Assembly (NCBI RefSeq): GCF_006345805.1
Contig: NC_043000.1
Span: 153,264,001 to 153,328,000 of the forward strand
From: Octopus sinensis
Taxonomy: Eukaryota
Reading direction: 5' to 3'
DNA: 64,000 nucleotides
Within the stretch, counting starts at the first letter, position 1; every line of letters starts with the position of its first letter. The notes below the pieces were generated by a model, which made no database searches, was not told the origin of the DNA, and saw only the letters and a program-made list of their open reading frames with translations. The position numbers and the translations under genes were made by a program. Of this stretch, positions 50,560 through 64,000 are shown in pieces.

Positions 50560-50955
50560 TTTCTCTATGGCATGATCGCTGAAGGGACTTGAAAATAAGC
50601 TTAATTTTTACACATATGAGAATGCTTCGTGCAGTTCTCGATTTTTCTTGGCAGTAACATCATACAAAGCAATGAGTATATGGCAATCTTCCTACCATTA
50701 CCTCAGTAATCGGAGAACGCAGAACACGGTATGCAAGACGTTGCTGGAGAAGTAAGGAGGAAATATCTGGTGAGCTTTTCTGGAAACTCACGCATGGGCT
50801 TGCAATATCAGCAGACCAAGAAGATCATATATCGATCAAATTGTGAAAGACAATGAATATCGAGTTGAGGATACTCAAGACGATTGCTACGAAAGATCAG
50901 GACAACAGGCGTGGAAGAGTTGCATTGATCCGAGCAAGCCGCCAGACTGAACGAT
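50560..50955 (+). mobile_element. Old RTE-clade LINE 3' end (second family)
   Basis: HMRMLRAVLDFSWQ*HHTKQ*VYGNLP..RRTRYARRCWRSKEE..PRRSYIDQI; broken frame. Confidence 0.75.
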
Positions 50956-51862
50956 GTGCGTAAATTGGGAATAGTTCAGCAGTTAATATATTTCAGTCAT
51001 TATAAGAGAGAGAAAAATTATTTATGGCGGTATTGATTTTGCCTAAGCATTATACAAACATTAGTTCCTTGCATACAGAATGGAAATTCAATTCTCATTG
51101 TAATCGGTTTTGCCTTACATACCTCAAGAACGTTGGTAAATTAAGTAGTAATTGTACAAATATTCTTTCATCCAAGAGAGTTATGATATCTTGCAACCAA
51201 TGTTTTTAGGATTTAACCGAAAACGTACGACTATTCATGAACTTTACCATTCGACAAAAGAAACCAGTATATATCGCTAAAACAACGAGAGAGATAAAGC
51301 AAGATTTTAGATCTTGGCGAGGAAACATTAGAAGGTAGTTTCTATACTTAGCTTACTTGAAACATAACTGAGTTGAGCTTTCCTAAGATATAAAAGCCAA
51401 AACTAACATCTACTTTCCAATTTTCATAGTAAGAAATAATAATCACATACACATACTAAAACATATTATATGAATGTCTATATATACACACCCTCGCATA
51501 CACACGCGCAATGTACACACACGCATACGTTTGTTTACTTACACAAACAGTTGGCCGAATCTACAATGTATTGAGATGCCACCAATCTAGATATTGAAGT
51601 TTCAAACCATGTCGCCAGCACCTTAAATGAAAATCAGTAATATTCTGAACAAGCAACGCATGATTTTTGTGACATTAACATCTCGAATATAGATACAACG
51701 CTGCACTGGAGACAAGATGTGAAACTACACTATCCAGGACGGTCGCGATTCAGTACTTTATAAATTTTGCCATTTATGGTAACAAGCATATACGAGTGTA
51801 CATTTATATGCCAACGCGTCTTTGTGTGTGTGTGTGTTTGTGTGTGTGTGTATGTATGCATG

Positions 51863-51899
<37 letters not shown>

Positions 51900-51903
<4 letters not shown>

Positions 51904-52065
51904 AGAATTCACAAAAAAAAAACCAAAAGACGAAGGCAGGTGGTGTAGAAAACAAACAGATGTATTAGTATAACGCTCAGGAAATGAAAAAGTCTTTTAT
52001 GTTTCGAGCCTATGCTCTTCCACCGAAAAGAACACAGAAAAAAAAACAAGGAAAGAAAAAAAATG
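51900..52065 (-). repeat. Penelope-like repeat family P1
   Basis: Minus strand GGAAGAGCATAGGCTCGAAAC; ends TTCTCCC-(TA)n. Confidence 0.7.
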
Positions 52066-52105
52066 TGTAGTCGGTACTGATCTATTATGGCGACTATATA
52101 TATAA

Positions 52106-52138
<33 letters not shown>

Positions 52139-54410
52139 TGTATGTATGTATGTATGTATGACAGTTTTCCTGTCAGTTTCCACGTTAACCAAGCAGCTAC
52201 CAAAGAGAATAAAAGAACGTAAGAAATAAGGAAGAAAAGAAAGAAGACAAAAGGGGAGATATCTACAGCTGTCATATTTGTCCATTGGTAATCAATGAAG
52301 GCATTAACTTCGACTTAGCTCAGCAAGTGGGCATGGTACCAATTGCGTCAAGTGTTCCGTTGGCATGCTGTTGCCTCCCTCCAAATAGTGCAGTTGAAAG
52401 TTGTTTATTTCTTCTGTGCCATATTTGAATGAAATGTCAGCATGCCACTAACTGTACCTTCACGTATGCAAGGTATACATTTTCAGATAGCTTCATTACT
52501 TCATTATGTTGATTGGCCGGACTTGCTTTTCATTCATTCGAATATATAAAAATTACAGTTCTTCACCAAGCAAACTTGGTTGGGTTGCCACTTTACTAGC
52601 CGACGATCCCATCATGCAACAGGTTGTACTTGGTTACATGTTATCAGTTGCTACCTGACACGTGTGCGTTTGTGTATACAAGAAAAATATCCTACAGTAG
52701 ATACAAATAAAGACCTTCAATTTATAACCAGTGAAGGAGAGCAGACAAAGATCAAGGCTTCTTATCTCTTCACTAAGTAATTAACATCTTGTAGAAGAAG
52801 ATACTGATGTAATTCGGCTAAGGAAATGTCCAATTAGTGCACCTGTTATTTATCCACCTTACACGATCTCAACTAATATAATATAATACAAATAATATAA
52901 TTTAATATAATATAATATAATAATCTAAATTACAAGAGAACAGGGTGGAGTAGTAGAGTGTCAAAACTACATATGTATTCATATCATGTATAAGCAGTTG
53001 TGTACATGTATATACACATATATACAGACAGTGCAAGGCGGGGAGGTGTTTCTTAAATTATTACAATGAATATATCCTATTTCATTACTTGAAGTAGACA
53101 GGAGCAAGGAAATCGTAACAGAATTTGAAGCGATTTCAACTGTAAATGTATGTGGATGGGGTGAGGGATAAATGTTCGCATTTGATTTGACGTCTTACCA
53201 TCACTGCTACTTAATAATAATCACTCAGATTTCAAATATTGGCTTCAAATTTTGACACAAAGTCAACAAGCTCGGGACGGGGAAGTCGATTACATCAACC
53301 CCAGTACTCAACTGGCACTTAATTTATCGACCCCCCAAACGGAAAAAAGGTAATGTCGGCCTCGACGGAATTTGAACGATTCTATCTGCTGCTGCCTAAA
53401 TATTTTCAACTATTAAACTAGGTAATTTATTCCTGGTGTTTTACTAACCAGATTAGATTTTTGAATGGTAGTTTGGCACAAATTCTCGAATGTTTTACAA
53501 GGTATTTTATTTATAAGGAGTTCTTTGTCAAATGATTTTTATTGCCTTTCTGAATGTACGATAATTACCTCAGATTGTACTCAATCAACTATCAATTAGG
53601 AACTGATTTGTGTTAGTTTTTACTTTATGATATATCGCCTATGTTGTCTTTATACTTCGACAGAGTGAAAATGTAGCTGCTTGTAGTCATTATAGCTAGA
53701 CAAAAATAAGTAATTAACTAATTAAATAAATAGTTATTGTCGTAATAAAGTTTCCATTTCTGCTCGAAATCAATTTCGGGCCGCAGAGGAACACCTACAA
53801 AGTGGTGGCCAGAAGCTGGCAGCAGACTTTCCGCTGACGAGCCTCAAACCCATCCTCGAAAGAAGTATAAAATTGCAAAATATGAACCATATTTTCAAAG
53901 ACAGATAAAATAAAAATGCGAAAAGAAAAAATACCCTAAGAAATCTAAGATCGAAACGTTAAGAGCGAACAAAAGAAGGCATAAAAAAAAATAAAGATAA
54001 TCGAATAAATAAGTGGAATTAGTATACAAGTTATTGTGGCCCTATGATTAGAGTTTTGCAAATGCGATCGCAGTTTCGATTACCGGAACGGGCGGCATTT
54101 TGTGCTCTTGTGCAAAACATTTAATCTCATGTTGCATTCCGATCATTTCGAGATCTGATGTGTGGCACAACATGCACATGTACAGGCAATCATGATGGTG
54201 GCAGTGAGCTCATGTACAACACCGAATTTGATCCTTATAAGCAAATCATCAATGCAGGTTATTCAGCAAGAAATTGTGTTATCCTTATCTGTCGTCAGGA
54301 GAGTCCACCACACACACACATACACACACACACACATTTATATAAACTACACACATCCACCGCAAACGATTGTGACTGATACCATGTGCCACAGATTCCA
54401 TAAGTATTTA

Positions 54411-54643
54411 TATTTCTTTACTACCCACAAGGGGCTAAACATAGAGGGGACAAACAAGGACAGACGAAGAGATTAAGTCGATTACATCGACCCCAGTGCA
54501 AAACTGGTACTTTATTTATCGACTCCGAAAGAATGAAAGGCAAAGTCGACCTCGGCGGAATTTGAACTCAGAACATAGCGGCAGATGAAATACCGCTAAG
54601 CATTTCGCCCGGCGTGCTAACGTTTCTGCCAGCTCGCCGCCTT
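54411..54643 (-). mobile_element. SINE family M, tail A
   Basis: Full reverse-complement copy; imperfect TSD TAAGTAT(T/A)TA. Confidence 0.93.
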
Positions 54644-55267
54644 AAGTATATAGACACTTTATTTGTCTTTCTATCCATGATTCAACAGAAGATCGAGAAT
54701 GTGACCGCTAAAGAGAGATGGGGAGCGTATTTCTTCAATAAACACTGTTTTTTATTTCAGTCCCTATAAATATCAAAAAAAAAAAACGATATGAATTGGT
54801 GAAATGCCAGAAAATGGAGGCCAAAAGAGGTGAGAGTCCCTCTCACAAAATTCTACAAAATTTTTTGCCACCCTATATTGATTAATTATGAATTTTCTGG
54901 TTAATTCCGTAATGGAATCGGCGGCTTATATTTATTTGCTGCCGATAAATTTGGCGCGAGTGCGATGATTTGAAAATTTTAGGTCAGATATTGCCGAGGC
55001 AGGGTCGGAAATGCCTCGTGAAAATATCTGTTCCGACTTGGCTATTTCTTACTGATGATTCTAAGGGCCTATGGAAGATTGGCTTGATTTAATTTAATCA
55101 GGTTAGTTTACCATTAAACAGTAGATGAAACGGTGCATCGTATAAGAAATTACAGGGTAAATGTTTTTTAATTTTCTCCTGGTTTACGGAATTGATGTTT
55201 ATTTGCGGTTGAAGCTTTGGCTGTTATTTCTAGTGGGTGAATGGCCTATTATGGCCGTTCCTTGATT

Positions 55268-55361
<94 letters not shown>

Positions 55362-55504
55362 TACACACATGTACATACTTACATATATATGTATATACAC
55401 ATGCATATATGGGTACACGACGTCAAAAAAACGTAAGCAATATGAAAAACGAGAACATGAAATAAAAACATGGAAAACGAACTTTTTTGAACAACATAAG
55501 AAAC

Positions 55505-55556
<52 letters not shown>

Positions 55557-55558
<2 letters not shown>

Positions 55559-56035
55559 GGATACAGAAAATGGGACAAGAACGCAAAACATTGGATGATA
55601 CAAAAATGGGACAAGAAAAACCAAGGACGGGTCATTCGGAGATTTCTTTCCTCAGTCGAGTTCCAGATTATCTTTGCAATATCGGCTGGTTATACACGTG
55701 GTTGTTCCAATCTGGCCATCTCCAAGGAAAAACTAAGCTAAGAGCACTAGATTCCTTGGAAGAAAGCAACGAATATATACGAAACCAAGGTCAGAAAAAA
55801 AAACGGAGAAATGGTACACAGATACAAATGCAAATAACAGGACATTAAGAACAGGTGTCTTTCGACTAAGGACGAATTGAATTAAGCTGGCGTGTGTGGA
55901 AGTGAAGCCTTACGGTAGGGACATAATAGATGACAAGCATGGGGAGGAATATAGTTGTTGCACAGATGGTAGTCGAACCTAGAAAGAAAGGTCGGCCTTG
56001 GCTGAATACCGGTCACGTGGAGAGAGGGGCTGAGA
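55557..56035 (-). repeat. Probable Penelope-like repeat (family P4) ending at (TA)n
   Basis: Minus strand CTGAGGA-AAGAAATCTC-CGAA motif (55635-55655) and a TCCCTT-(TA)n end; single copy here, extent approximate. Confidence 0.4.
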
Positions 56036-56273
56036 AGTATATATATATATAATCTTTAGCAAGGTTATGCTGCACTCATATCCGGTACTTAATTTCCTTT
56101 GTTTATTTACTTTGCCGTGGGTTCAATTCTTGCTATTCACATTTCTAATCCCAATAAAACGAATAACATAAAAGTAAATACATAATTACCTACACTTCAT
56201 CTGTAGTCTTTGAAAAGGAACCAGTCTACCTGATTCCAACTTATATCCTCAACCCCTGATGCGCTCTCTAACC

Positions 56274-56690
56274 TATTTCTTTATTATCCACAAGGGGCTA
56301 AACATAGAGAGGACAAACAAGGACAGACATAGGTATTAAGTCGATTACATCGACCCCAGTGCGTAATTGGTACTTAATTTATCGGCCCCGAAAGGATGAA
56401 GGGCAAAGTCTACCTCAGCGGAATTTAAACTCAGAACGTAACGACAAACGAAATACCTATTTCTTTACTACTCACAAGGGGCTAAACACAGAGAGGACAA
56501 ACAAGGACAGACAAACGGATTAAGTCGATTATATCGTCGCCAGTGCATAACTGGTACTTATTTCATCGACCCCGAAAGGATGAAAGGCAAAGTCGACCTC
56601 GGCGGAATTCGAACTCAGAACGTAACGGCAGACGAAATACGGCTACGCATTTCGCTCGGCGTGCTAACGATTCTGCCAGTTCGCCGCCTT
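56274..56690 (-). mobile_element. SINE family M dimer
   Basis: Junction AAAGAAATA|GGTATTTCG at 56457/56458 (minus strand). Confidence 0.93.
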
Positions 56691-56913
56691 CTATCCAGTA
56701 TGGTGGCTATAAATCTTATCTTACCCCAACTCGCTAACTAAACCCTTTAACAGTCATTATTGCCTATGTTTTGTTTTTCTCCCATTCGTGGTCAGCTCCG
56801 GCTGGCCAATAGGCGTGTTCCCACTACGTTCATGGAGTGTTCTTATATTGTTTTGAAATTATATGTATCATATGTTGAATACGGTTTTTTTTTTTTTTTT
56901 GCACTGATGTAAT

Positions 56914-57270
56914 TTAGTTAGTTAGTTAATTTGGGCTCAAAAAGCAAAAAGCAAGGCCATGTAGGGGGACATGGAGTTAAGTACAGGGTGTAAAGAGTTC
57001 AGGCCACTTGAGGTCAAGGGAGACTTTGAAAAAAGCAGTCGTCGGCATCTTCACCACATCGTCTGGCAGCTTGTTCCACGGATCCGCAACCCGGACGGAG
57101 AAAGCTCCTCTCCTTCGATTGAGATGAAATCGTCGCAGATAGAGCTTTTCGGAATGACCCCGCAGCCGACGCTCTGGAGCAGGAGTGAAGAACAGCTCTT
57201 TCGAGAGGTTACACTTTCCGCTTATGATGTTGTGAGCGAGAATGCGTATGGACCATTTGTAATGAACTAA
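56914..57270 (-). mobile_element. CR1-clade LINE 3' end
   Basis: RRLRGHSEKLYLRRFHLNRRRGAFSVRVADPWNKLP (CR1 C-terminal signature), short 3' UTR and (TAAC)n tail. Confidence 0.92.
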
Positions 57271-57540
57271 CATCTATCCAACGTCCGTTATCCGAGTTTA
57301 TATGATTGTGTATAGAAGAATATATTTATCAATGAAATTCCAACTAAGTCTGGTTTTCACGTTTTATGATTTACAATTTTACCAATTTGCAATATTAAAA
57401 TAAACTAGTACTTTCATGCGTTACGCAGTCATCAGGTTTATATAGTGACAGTCGTATTCCAAGTCAGTGTCTTGCTACTCTGAGTTTCTTACGTCTGTGA
57501 TTATACAGATATAGCGGTTGCATATATATAAATGAGATTT

Positions 57541-57770
57541 AAGGCGGTGAGCTGGCAGAAACGTTAGCACGCCGGGCGAAATGCGTAGCCGTATTTCGTC
57601 CGCCGTTACGTTCTGAGTTCAAATTCCGCCGAGGTCGACTTTGCCTTTCATCCTTTCGGGGTCGATAAATAAAGTACCAGTTACGCACTGGGGTTGATGT
57701 AATCGACTTAAGCTCTTTGTCTGTCCTTGTTTGTCCCCTCTATGTTTAGCCCTTTGTGGGCAGTAAAGAA
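57541..57770 (+). mobile_element. SINE family M, tail A
   Basis: 19-bp TSD ATATATATAAAT(G/A)AGATTT at 57522-40 and 57771-89. Confidence 0.95.
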
Positions 57771-58444
57771 ATATATATAAATAAGATTTCTACAGTGATG
57801 GAGGCGGGAAGAGAAGAGAAAAAGTGAAAAAGACAAGAAAAAGTTAAAAAAAAAGGAAAGAAGGAAGAAGTTAAAGGAACAAAGGGGAGGGAAAATTGGG
57901 TTTTGATACGGCGGTGGAGATGAAGTAGGGTAGACGGGTGTTAGATTGATAAAAGGGTTTCAATAAAAGGATTAAGGGAAATTAGAATAAGAAAAAATAA
58001 TGAAACAGGCAGATAAATAAGTGAAATTGAACGGGGATGGAGTCACAATGACCTTTGCGAAGAAGCTTGTTGATGGGTACAAATGAATAAATAAATGAAT
58101 ATATAAATAGACAATAACAATTGAAAGTGAATGGACGGGGAAAGGAATTAGAAAACTAAAACAAATGGAATCTAGAAGATAGTGGTGAATAAGTAGAACA
58201 GAAGAATGGATATTTATTGAAAAGGTCTTCGCAGCAGGAGTGCTAATTTAGGGGAACGGTCAGTGTTTCAAAGGCAAATTATTGTCAGGAGTGGTTGGCA
58301 GGGATGGTGTTAATAATGCTAGTGATGATGATGATGATGATTAAGAGGGCAGTATTGATACAATAAGCTAAAACTATGGGAAGAGAGGAAGAAGAAGAAA
58401 ATACAAAGAATACCCTTGGGAATTGTTGAGGACATTAATAAAAT

Positions 58445-58660
58445 TAGTTTCAAATTTTGACATAAGGCCAACAATTTCTGGGAGGGGTTAAGTCGATTAC
58501 ATCCATCTCAGTGTTCAACAAGTACTTATTTTATCCACCCCGAAAGAATGAGAAACAAAATCGACCCCAGCGGCGTTTGAGCTCAGAATGTGGAGACGGA
58601 CGAAATGCTGCAAGGCATTTTGCCCGGCATGCTAACGATTCTGCCAGCTCAACGCCTTAT
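58445..58660 (-). mobile_element. SINE family M, tail B
   Basis: Reverse-complement match to 13173-13395. Confidence 0.85.
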
Positions 58661-58754
58661 ATTAAAGAAATATTAAAGATATTAGAAGTATTGAAAAAAA
58701 AATTAAAGGTATTGAAATTTTTTGTATTTTATAACAAGTGTAAAATGTTATAAA

Positions 58755-58995
58755 CTAGAAAAGCTCTCGGAGAGCGCAAACCTTCGCCAACCAGCTCATT
58801 TCCACCCATATACACGCATGCACCCATATACACCACAATCAGTTTCTTTACACAGTTGAAAATCCATCATCCGATACTCATGGGACCGAGATTGTTGCAG
58901 ATTTTTGATTTTTCTAATTTCGGAGTGCTTTATTTAAAATAAATTGTATCTACAAAACGGAACAGTTTGGGGACGGAAACCAGGTCTAAACACTA
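58755..58995 (-). mobile_element. Possible non-autonomous Helitron (3' end)
   Basis: Minus-strand hairpin GCTCT-CCG-AGAGC 4 nt before CTAG|T; the 5' end is not defined. Confidence 0.45.
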
Positions 58996-59029
58996 TAGCT
59001 TATAGACATACTCTGAATGTCTATAAGTA

Positions 59030-60265
59030 TAAACTGAAAAGGCTACAAAAACCTTGGCATACTAGAGCTCAACGAAATCGTGGTGAAGGAAATGAAAGAA
59101 CAACTGAGGATGGAATATTTCCGAAAACTAAGATTGGTGTTGAGATCAAAATTGATCAGATAGAATAAAATCCAAGCAGTTAATACATGGGCAATAGCAT
59201 CACTTCGTTATAGAGCTGGAATCATAAACTGACAGAAAAGAGAGCTGATGAACATAGATACGAAGACAAAAAAAATGTTAGTACTCGGAACCTTCCACCC
59301 TAAAAGTGACAGCGATAGGCTGTACTTATTCAGAAGAAAGGGTGGGAGAGGTTTGATAAGTTGGCAGGATTGTATCGAAACAGTTGTAAACAATGTAAAG
59401 AAAGAAAAACTTTAAGAGGAAAACAGCACACAAAAATTAACAGTATGGAAGGAGAAAAACATGTACGAACGCCAAGACAAATACAGATGATCGGTGGCTA
59501 TGGATGAAGAGGAGTCAGAAACGCTCATATGCACAGCACAGCACAAGAACAAGCATTAAGGATTAACTATGTGACGTACAGAATCGATAACACTACCGAC
59601 AGCGATAAATGCAGAATGTCTGGTGAGAGGGGTGAAACTTTATGACACATCGTTAGCGAATGCCCGAAATTGACACAATGCGATTACAGAAGACATGACA
59701 ATGTGGCAAGAATGATCCATTGGGAGCTCTGTAGAAATCACGGCCTATAAAGAGTAAAGACGTGGTATGAGAAAACCCCAGAAGGAGTCACCGATAATTA
59801 AGACTGCAAAACCCTGCGGGATGCAATGATTCAGTGCGATCACCTGACCAGACATTGGAAACCGGACATTGTTGTGGTGGACAAAAAGAAAGAACTGCCA
59901 TAATAATTGACACAGCATGTCCCGGTGACAGCAAGATCGAAGAGAAAGAAGAAAAAAACTGAACAACTACGACGATTTGAAGTGGGAACTACGAAGGTTG
60001 TGGTCAATGAGGAAAGTAGACGTGATATCAATACTAATCGATGCACTTGGAAGTATCAACACTCAGCTATCAGCATCACTCAAAACGATTGGCACAAACG
60101 TAAAGGTAGAACACCTACAAAAATCAGCATTGCTTGGAACTGCAAAAATTCTTCGCAGGCTTCTTGAAGTATCACCAGTAATCAAGTGTCACCTTAGTCT
60201 GGTGGCTGTAGACAGCTGACAGTTTCCATCATATCCAGCAAAATAAGCTGAAAGTTTTCATCAAA
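59030..60265 (+). mobile_element. R4/Dong-clade (restriction-like endonuclease) LINE, 5'-truncated and decayed
   Basis: KNLGILE..NKIQAVNTW..HPKSDSDRLYL..GGRGL, CCHC-like CRMSGERGETL*HIVSECP, RHDNVA, KPDIVVVD, LQKSALLGTAKILRRLLE; followed by (CAA/CAG)n. Confidence 0.93.
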
Positions 60266-60287
60266 CAACAACAGCAGCAGCAGCAGC

Positions 60288-60340
<53 letters not shown>

Positions 60341-60366
60341 AAACAAAAACAACAACAACAACAACA

Positions 60367-60775
60367 GTGGAGGCGCAATGGCCCAGTGGTTAGGACAGCG
60401 GATTCATGGTCGGAGGATCGCGGTTTCGATTCCCAGACCGGGCGTTGTGTGTGTTTATTGAGCAAAAACACTTAAAGCTCCACGATACTCCGGCAGGGGG
60501 TGGTGGCGACCCCTGTTGTACTCTTTCATTCCAACTTTCTCTCACTCTTTCTTCCTGTTTCTTGGCCCCGACTTCCTACGCAACCACTGAGCCTGGATGT
60601 GCATTCATCCATACGTAGATGCTCTCAGTGTCGGGGGTTGACCTGCTTTCTCTTCTGCTGGTCTTACGAATAGCAAAGGACCATGTTTCGGATTTCTCCC
60701 ACTACAGACAATCCTGAGGCGCGATCTTGCGAGCTCTGGGACGAAGACCGCTTCGCTCAACAAACAAACAAACAA
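60367..60775 (+). mobile_element. SINE family V, tail 3, inserted in (CAA)n
   Basis: Head and core as in 20018-20413, but an unrelated about 200-bp 3' part ending in (CAAA)n. Confidence 0.88.
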
Positions 60776-61375
60776 ACAAACAGCAACAACAACAATAATA
60801 ATAGCAGCAACAACAACAATGATGGTCACTCGCGGCGATTTTGACGGATAAGTGTTTGAAGGAAAGCGTTTTTTTGAAAGAGGATTTAAAAAAACGAAAC
60901 TGTATCTCGTGATGGATGCGTGAATGTAATTTGAGTCCAGGTATGGATTTTGCTATGAAATCATAATGGGGTCAATGATGATTTTGATTTTGCCTGGGAG
61001 TGGACAAATATGTTTGTGGATTATTGAAGAAAGTTATTTTTATTCTTCTGTTTCTACAATTGAAATTGTTTTGATATATCATGACGCATTTTACGCCAAT
61101 TAGATTGAACTATGTAATAACTTTCCTAAAATAATTACATTAAGCACTAGGGATTTTAATGATCGCTTCCACTTACCATTAAGCCTTAGTAGAGTCTTCT
61201 TTTAGCGCGGAATCCCTCTACTTGTCCATAAAAAAGAATTTTTTGAATGCAGTCCTTTTCCAATGAAACAAAACGGCCCTTCCATCTGCAAAGAATTCTT
61301 AACGGCATTGTTTAGATACTGGAGATACCATATTTCTCTAAACTTTTGACATTTTCAATAATAATGATAATAATA

Positions 61376-61423
<48 letters not shown>

Positions 61424-61466
61424 TAATAATGATAATAATAATAATAATATAATAATAATAATAATA

Positions 61467-61533
<67 letters not shown>

Positions 61534-61579
61534 CACTAATAAAACCCAGCAGGACAACTGAAAAAGACTGGACTATCTG

Positions 61580-62010
61580 CAATTTCCTGTGAGTATTTTG
61601 AATTTCGAACACATAAGCGATCAGCTTTAAGACCTTTAATATCTACATCTGTTAATACCTATCCTTTCCTTTCTCCTTGAGTATTCGAAAATGTAAACAT
61701 CTTCTTTAGTCCAAGAACACTACAGTTTTCTCTGTTGGGACAGATAAAAGATCATCTCCTGTAAATTTTTAAAATCTTAATATCTACAAGTCTCTGTGAA
61801 AATTTTACCTTCCTTTTCTTTCCTTTCCTTTCTCACTGAATATTCAAAAATGCAAACATCCTTTTTTATTGGAAAAACACTACAGTCTTCTCTGAACGGA
61901 CATACAAACGAATATCTCAACTAATTTAGAAACATTGATATCTCCGATTTGGTGTGAGAATTTTATCTTTCCTTTTTCTTTGACTACCCAAATATGTAAA
62001 CATGCCTTTT
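61580..62010. repeat. Diverged tandem repeat, period about 145-160 bp
   Basis: ATG(T/C)AAACAT recurs near 61691, 61850 and 61994; AACACTACAGT(T/C)TTCTCTG at 61716 and 61876. Confidence 0.7.
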
Positions 62011-62169
62011 AACGTATCAACACAATTGAATGCATGATAAAAGAAAAATTAAGGAGGTAAGCAGCTGGTAAAATATACATACTATACAACTACAAAATCT
62101 GTAAACCACAAGACTTTTAAAAAGAAAAGAAAAAATCCAAAAGATAAAAAGAAATTTAGTTACTTGCGA

Positions 62170-62400
62170 CCAGGGTAATCAATTCTTCAGTCTCACACAG
62201 ATTGCATCTTGTATTGCGTTCGATATAGGCTTTCAGTGACATCTAAATATTGTGTACAGAAATTCTTGCTTGATATAAATAGTAGGTATTTTCTAAATCG
62301 CCTTGTACCGCTTATATGCAGCAAGGACTGCATATCCTTTCATTTCTTCTGTAAGTATTTTATCTTCAATGGAAGATCTGAAAGGAATATAACCCTTTTA
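62170..62400 (-). mobile_element. Penelope-like GIY-YIG C-terminal relic
   Basis: KAYIERNTRCNLCETEELITL resembles the A.PY....RCNLCLTEK..I end of Penelope ORFs (from recall). Confidence 0.45.
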
Positions 62401-62491
62401 TTTAATTTGAAGACAGAATAATATACTGATAAATTGTCCTCAAATGCACCTCCGCACCTTGTGTGCGCGCGTGTGTGTGTCTGTACATATT

Positions 62492-62898
62492 TACTCTTTT
62501 ACTCTTTTACTTGTTTCAGTCATTTGACTGCGGCCATGCTGAGCACCGGTTTTAGTCGAGTAAATCGACCCCAGGACTTATTCTTTGTAAGCCCAGTACT
62601 TATTCTATCGGTGTTTTTTGCCGAACCGCTAAGTGACGGGGACGTAAACACACCAGCATTGGTTGTCAAGCAATGCTAGAGGGACAAACACAGACACACA
62701 AACATATACACACACATACATATATACATATATACGACAGGCTTCTTTCAGTTTCCGTCTACCAAATCCACTCACAAGGCATTGGTCGGCCCGAGGCTAT
62801 AGCAGAAGACACTTGCCCAAGATGCCACGCAGTGGGACTGAACCTGGAACCATGTGGTTGGTTAGCAAGCTACTTACCACACAGCCAATCCTGCGCCT
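62492..62898 (-). mobile_element. CORE-type SINE
   Basis: Matches 959-1451. Confidence 0.93.
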
Positions 62899-63159
62899 AT
62901 GTACATACATATACATAAATATACATATATGCATACATACAAACATATAGATTATAGATGATCACTATCGGTCGATAGATGTGAACCAATAAAGCTAAAA
63001 AGATTTCTAGAGAAAAAAAAGTATTTCTGAAAACATTCAAACTAAAAAAAACAAAATACAAAAAAGAAATGCCGCCATGATGAACTTACAGAAATACACA
63101 AATATATAAAAGTGTATAAAAAAATAATTAAAAGATTTACTATAAATAAAAGATTTATT

Positions 63160-63563
63160 GACGCAGGAGTGGCTGTGTGGTAAGTAGCTTGCTTACAACC
63201 ACATGGTTCCGGGTCCATTCCCATTGCGTGGCATCTTAGGCAAGTGTCTTCTACTCTAGCCTTGGGTTGAACAAACCCTTGTGAGTGGATATTGTAGGCG
63301 GAAACTGAAAGAAGCCCGTCGTATATATGTATATATATATATATGTATGTGTGTATATGTTTGTGTGTCTGTGTTTGTGCCCCACAACATCACTTGACAA
63401 CCGATGGTGGTGCGCTTACGTCCCCGTGACTTAGCGGTTCGGCAAAAAGACGCCGATCGAATAAGTACTAGGCTCCCAAAGAATAAGGTCCTGGGGTCGA
63501 TTCGCTCGACTAAAGGCGGTGCTCCAGCATAGCCTCAGTCAAATGACTGAAAAGAGTAAAAGT
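63160..63563 (+). mobile_element. CORE-type SINE
   Basis: Plus-strand full copy. Confidence 0.93.
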
Positions 63564-64000
63564 GTATGATATAAATATGACTAGTATTTTTGCGGTGTGG
63601 GTAGTGAAAGACATTTTTAACAATGGGAAAGTGCATGTGGTGATACGGTAAAGGATTTATTCATAGGCATGTTTACATAATGAAATATATATATTATGTA
63701 CATGAATTTGAGTTTGGTTTGGTTTTGCATCAAGAAACATTTAAACAATGTACATATTTAAGGGGAAATGCTTTAAGGTTTTGGGCGTGTGACATGTGGG
63801 TTTTTGATGAATATCATCTCATGTAGTAAATTTAAAAGGCTATAAATACATTTGTTATTATTTTTAAGTTGTAGGGTGTAAAGGAAGCGGTTGTTTTTTG
63901 ACATGTGTTGTTTAAGGTGTTGTGGCATGTTGTTGGCGCAGGTATTCTGACAATTGGCAAATAGTTGGGGATGAAAATAGGGCTAAATGTATAAATAAAC

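Noticed and set aside
54035-54310. Cys-containing ORF CGTTCTCTGNH as an exon
   Set aside because: It directly follows a degenerate tRNA-SINE head (54035-54150) and is more likely SINE body.
55621-55660. Functional hammerhead in P4
   Set aside because: CUGAGGA is intact, but GAAA reads GAAU and stem I does not pair in this copy.

Overview
Repeat-saturated, AT-rich animal genomic DNA, most likely from an octopus. The organism call is an inference from the tRNA-derived SINE families and the extreme (TA)n/(TATG)n/(TAA)n microsatellite load. No intact protein-coding gene, rRNA, true tRNA or CRISPR array could be established, and almost all ORFs in the supplied track are translations of microsatellites or SINEs. 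What is supported: three tRNA-headed SINE families (about 30 copies), two decayed mariner transposons, MITEs (one mariner-type, one with an 8-bp TSD), non-autonomous Helitrons, and LINE relics of the L1/Tx1, R4/Dong, RTE and CR1/L2 groups. The most interesting signals are three. (i) Several unrelated short Penelope-like repeats carry hammerhead-ribozyme motifs, including core variants; they dock on (TA)n or (TATG)n tracts and show fold-back junctions, and one inverted pair brackets a 208-bp copy of nearby unique DNA. (ii) The most abundant SINE shares its 3' tail with a Tx1-like LINE in the same window, prefers an AGGT/ATAT target and forms self-insertion dimers. (iii) A 440-bp element embedded in (TAA)n has a partial HDV-like fold. 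All alignments and folds were done by eye and need computational confirmation.
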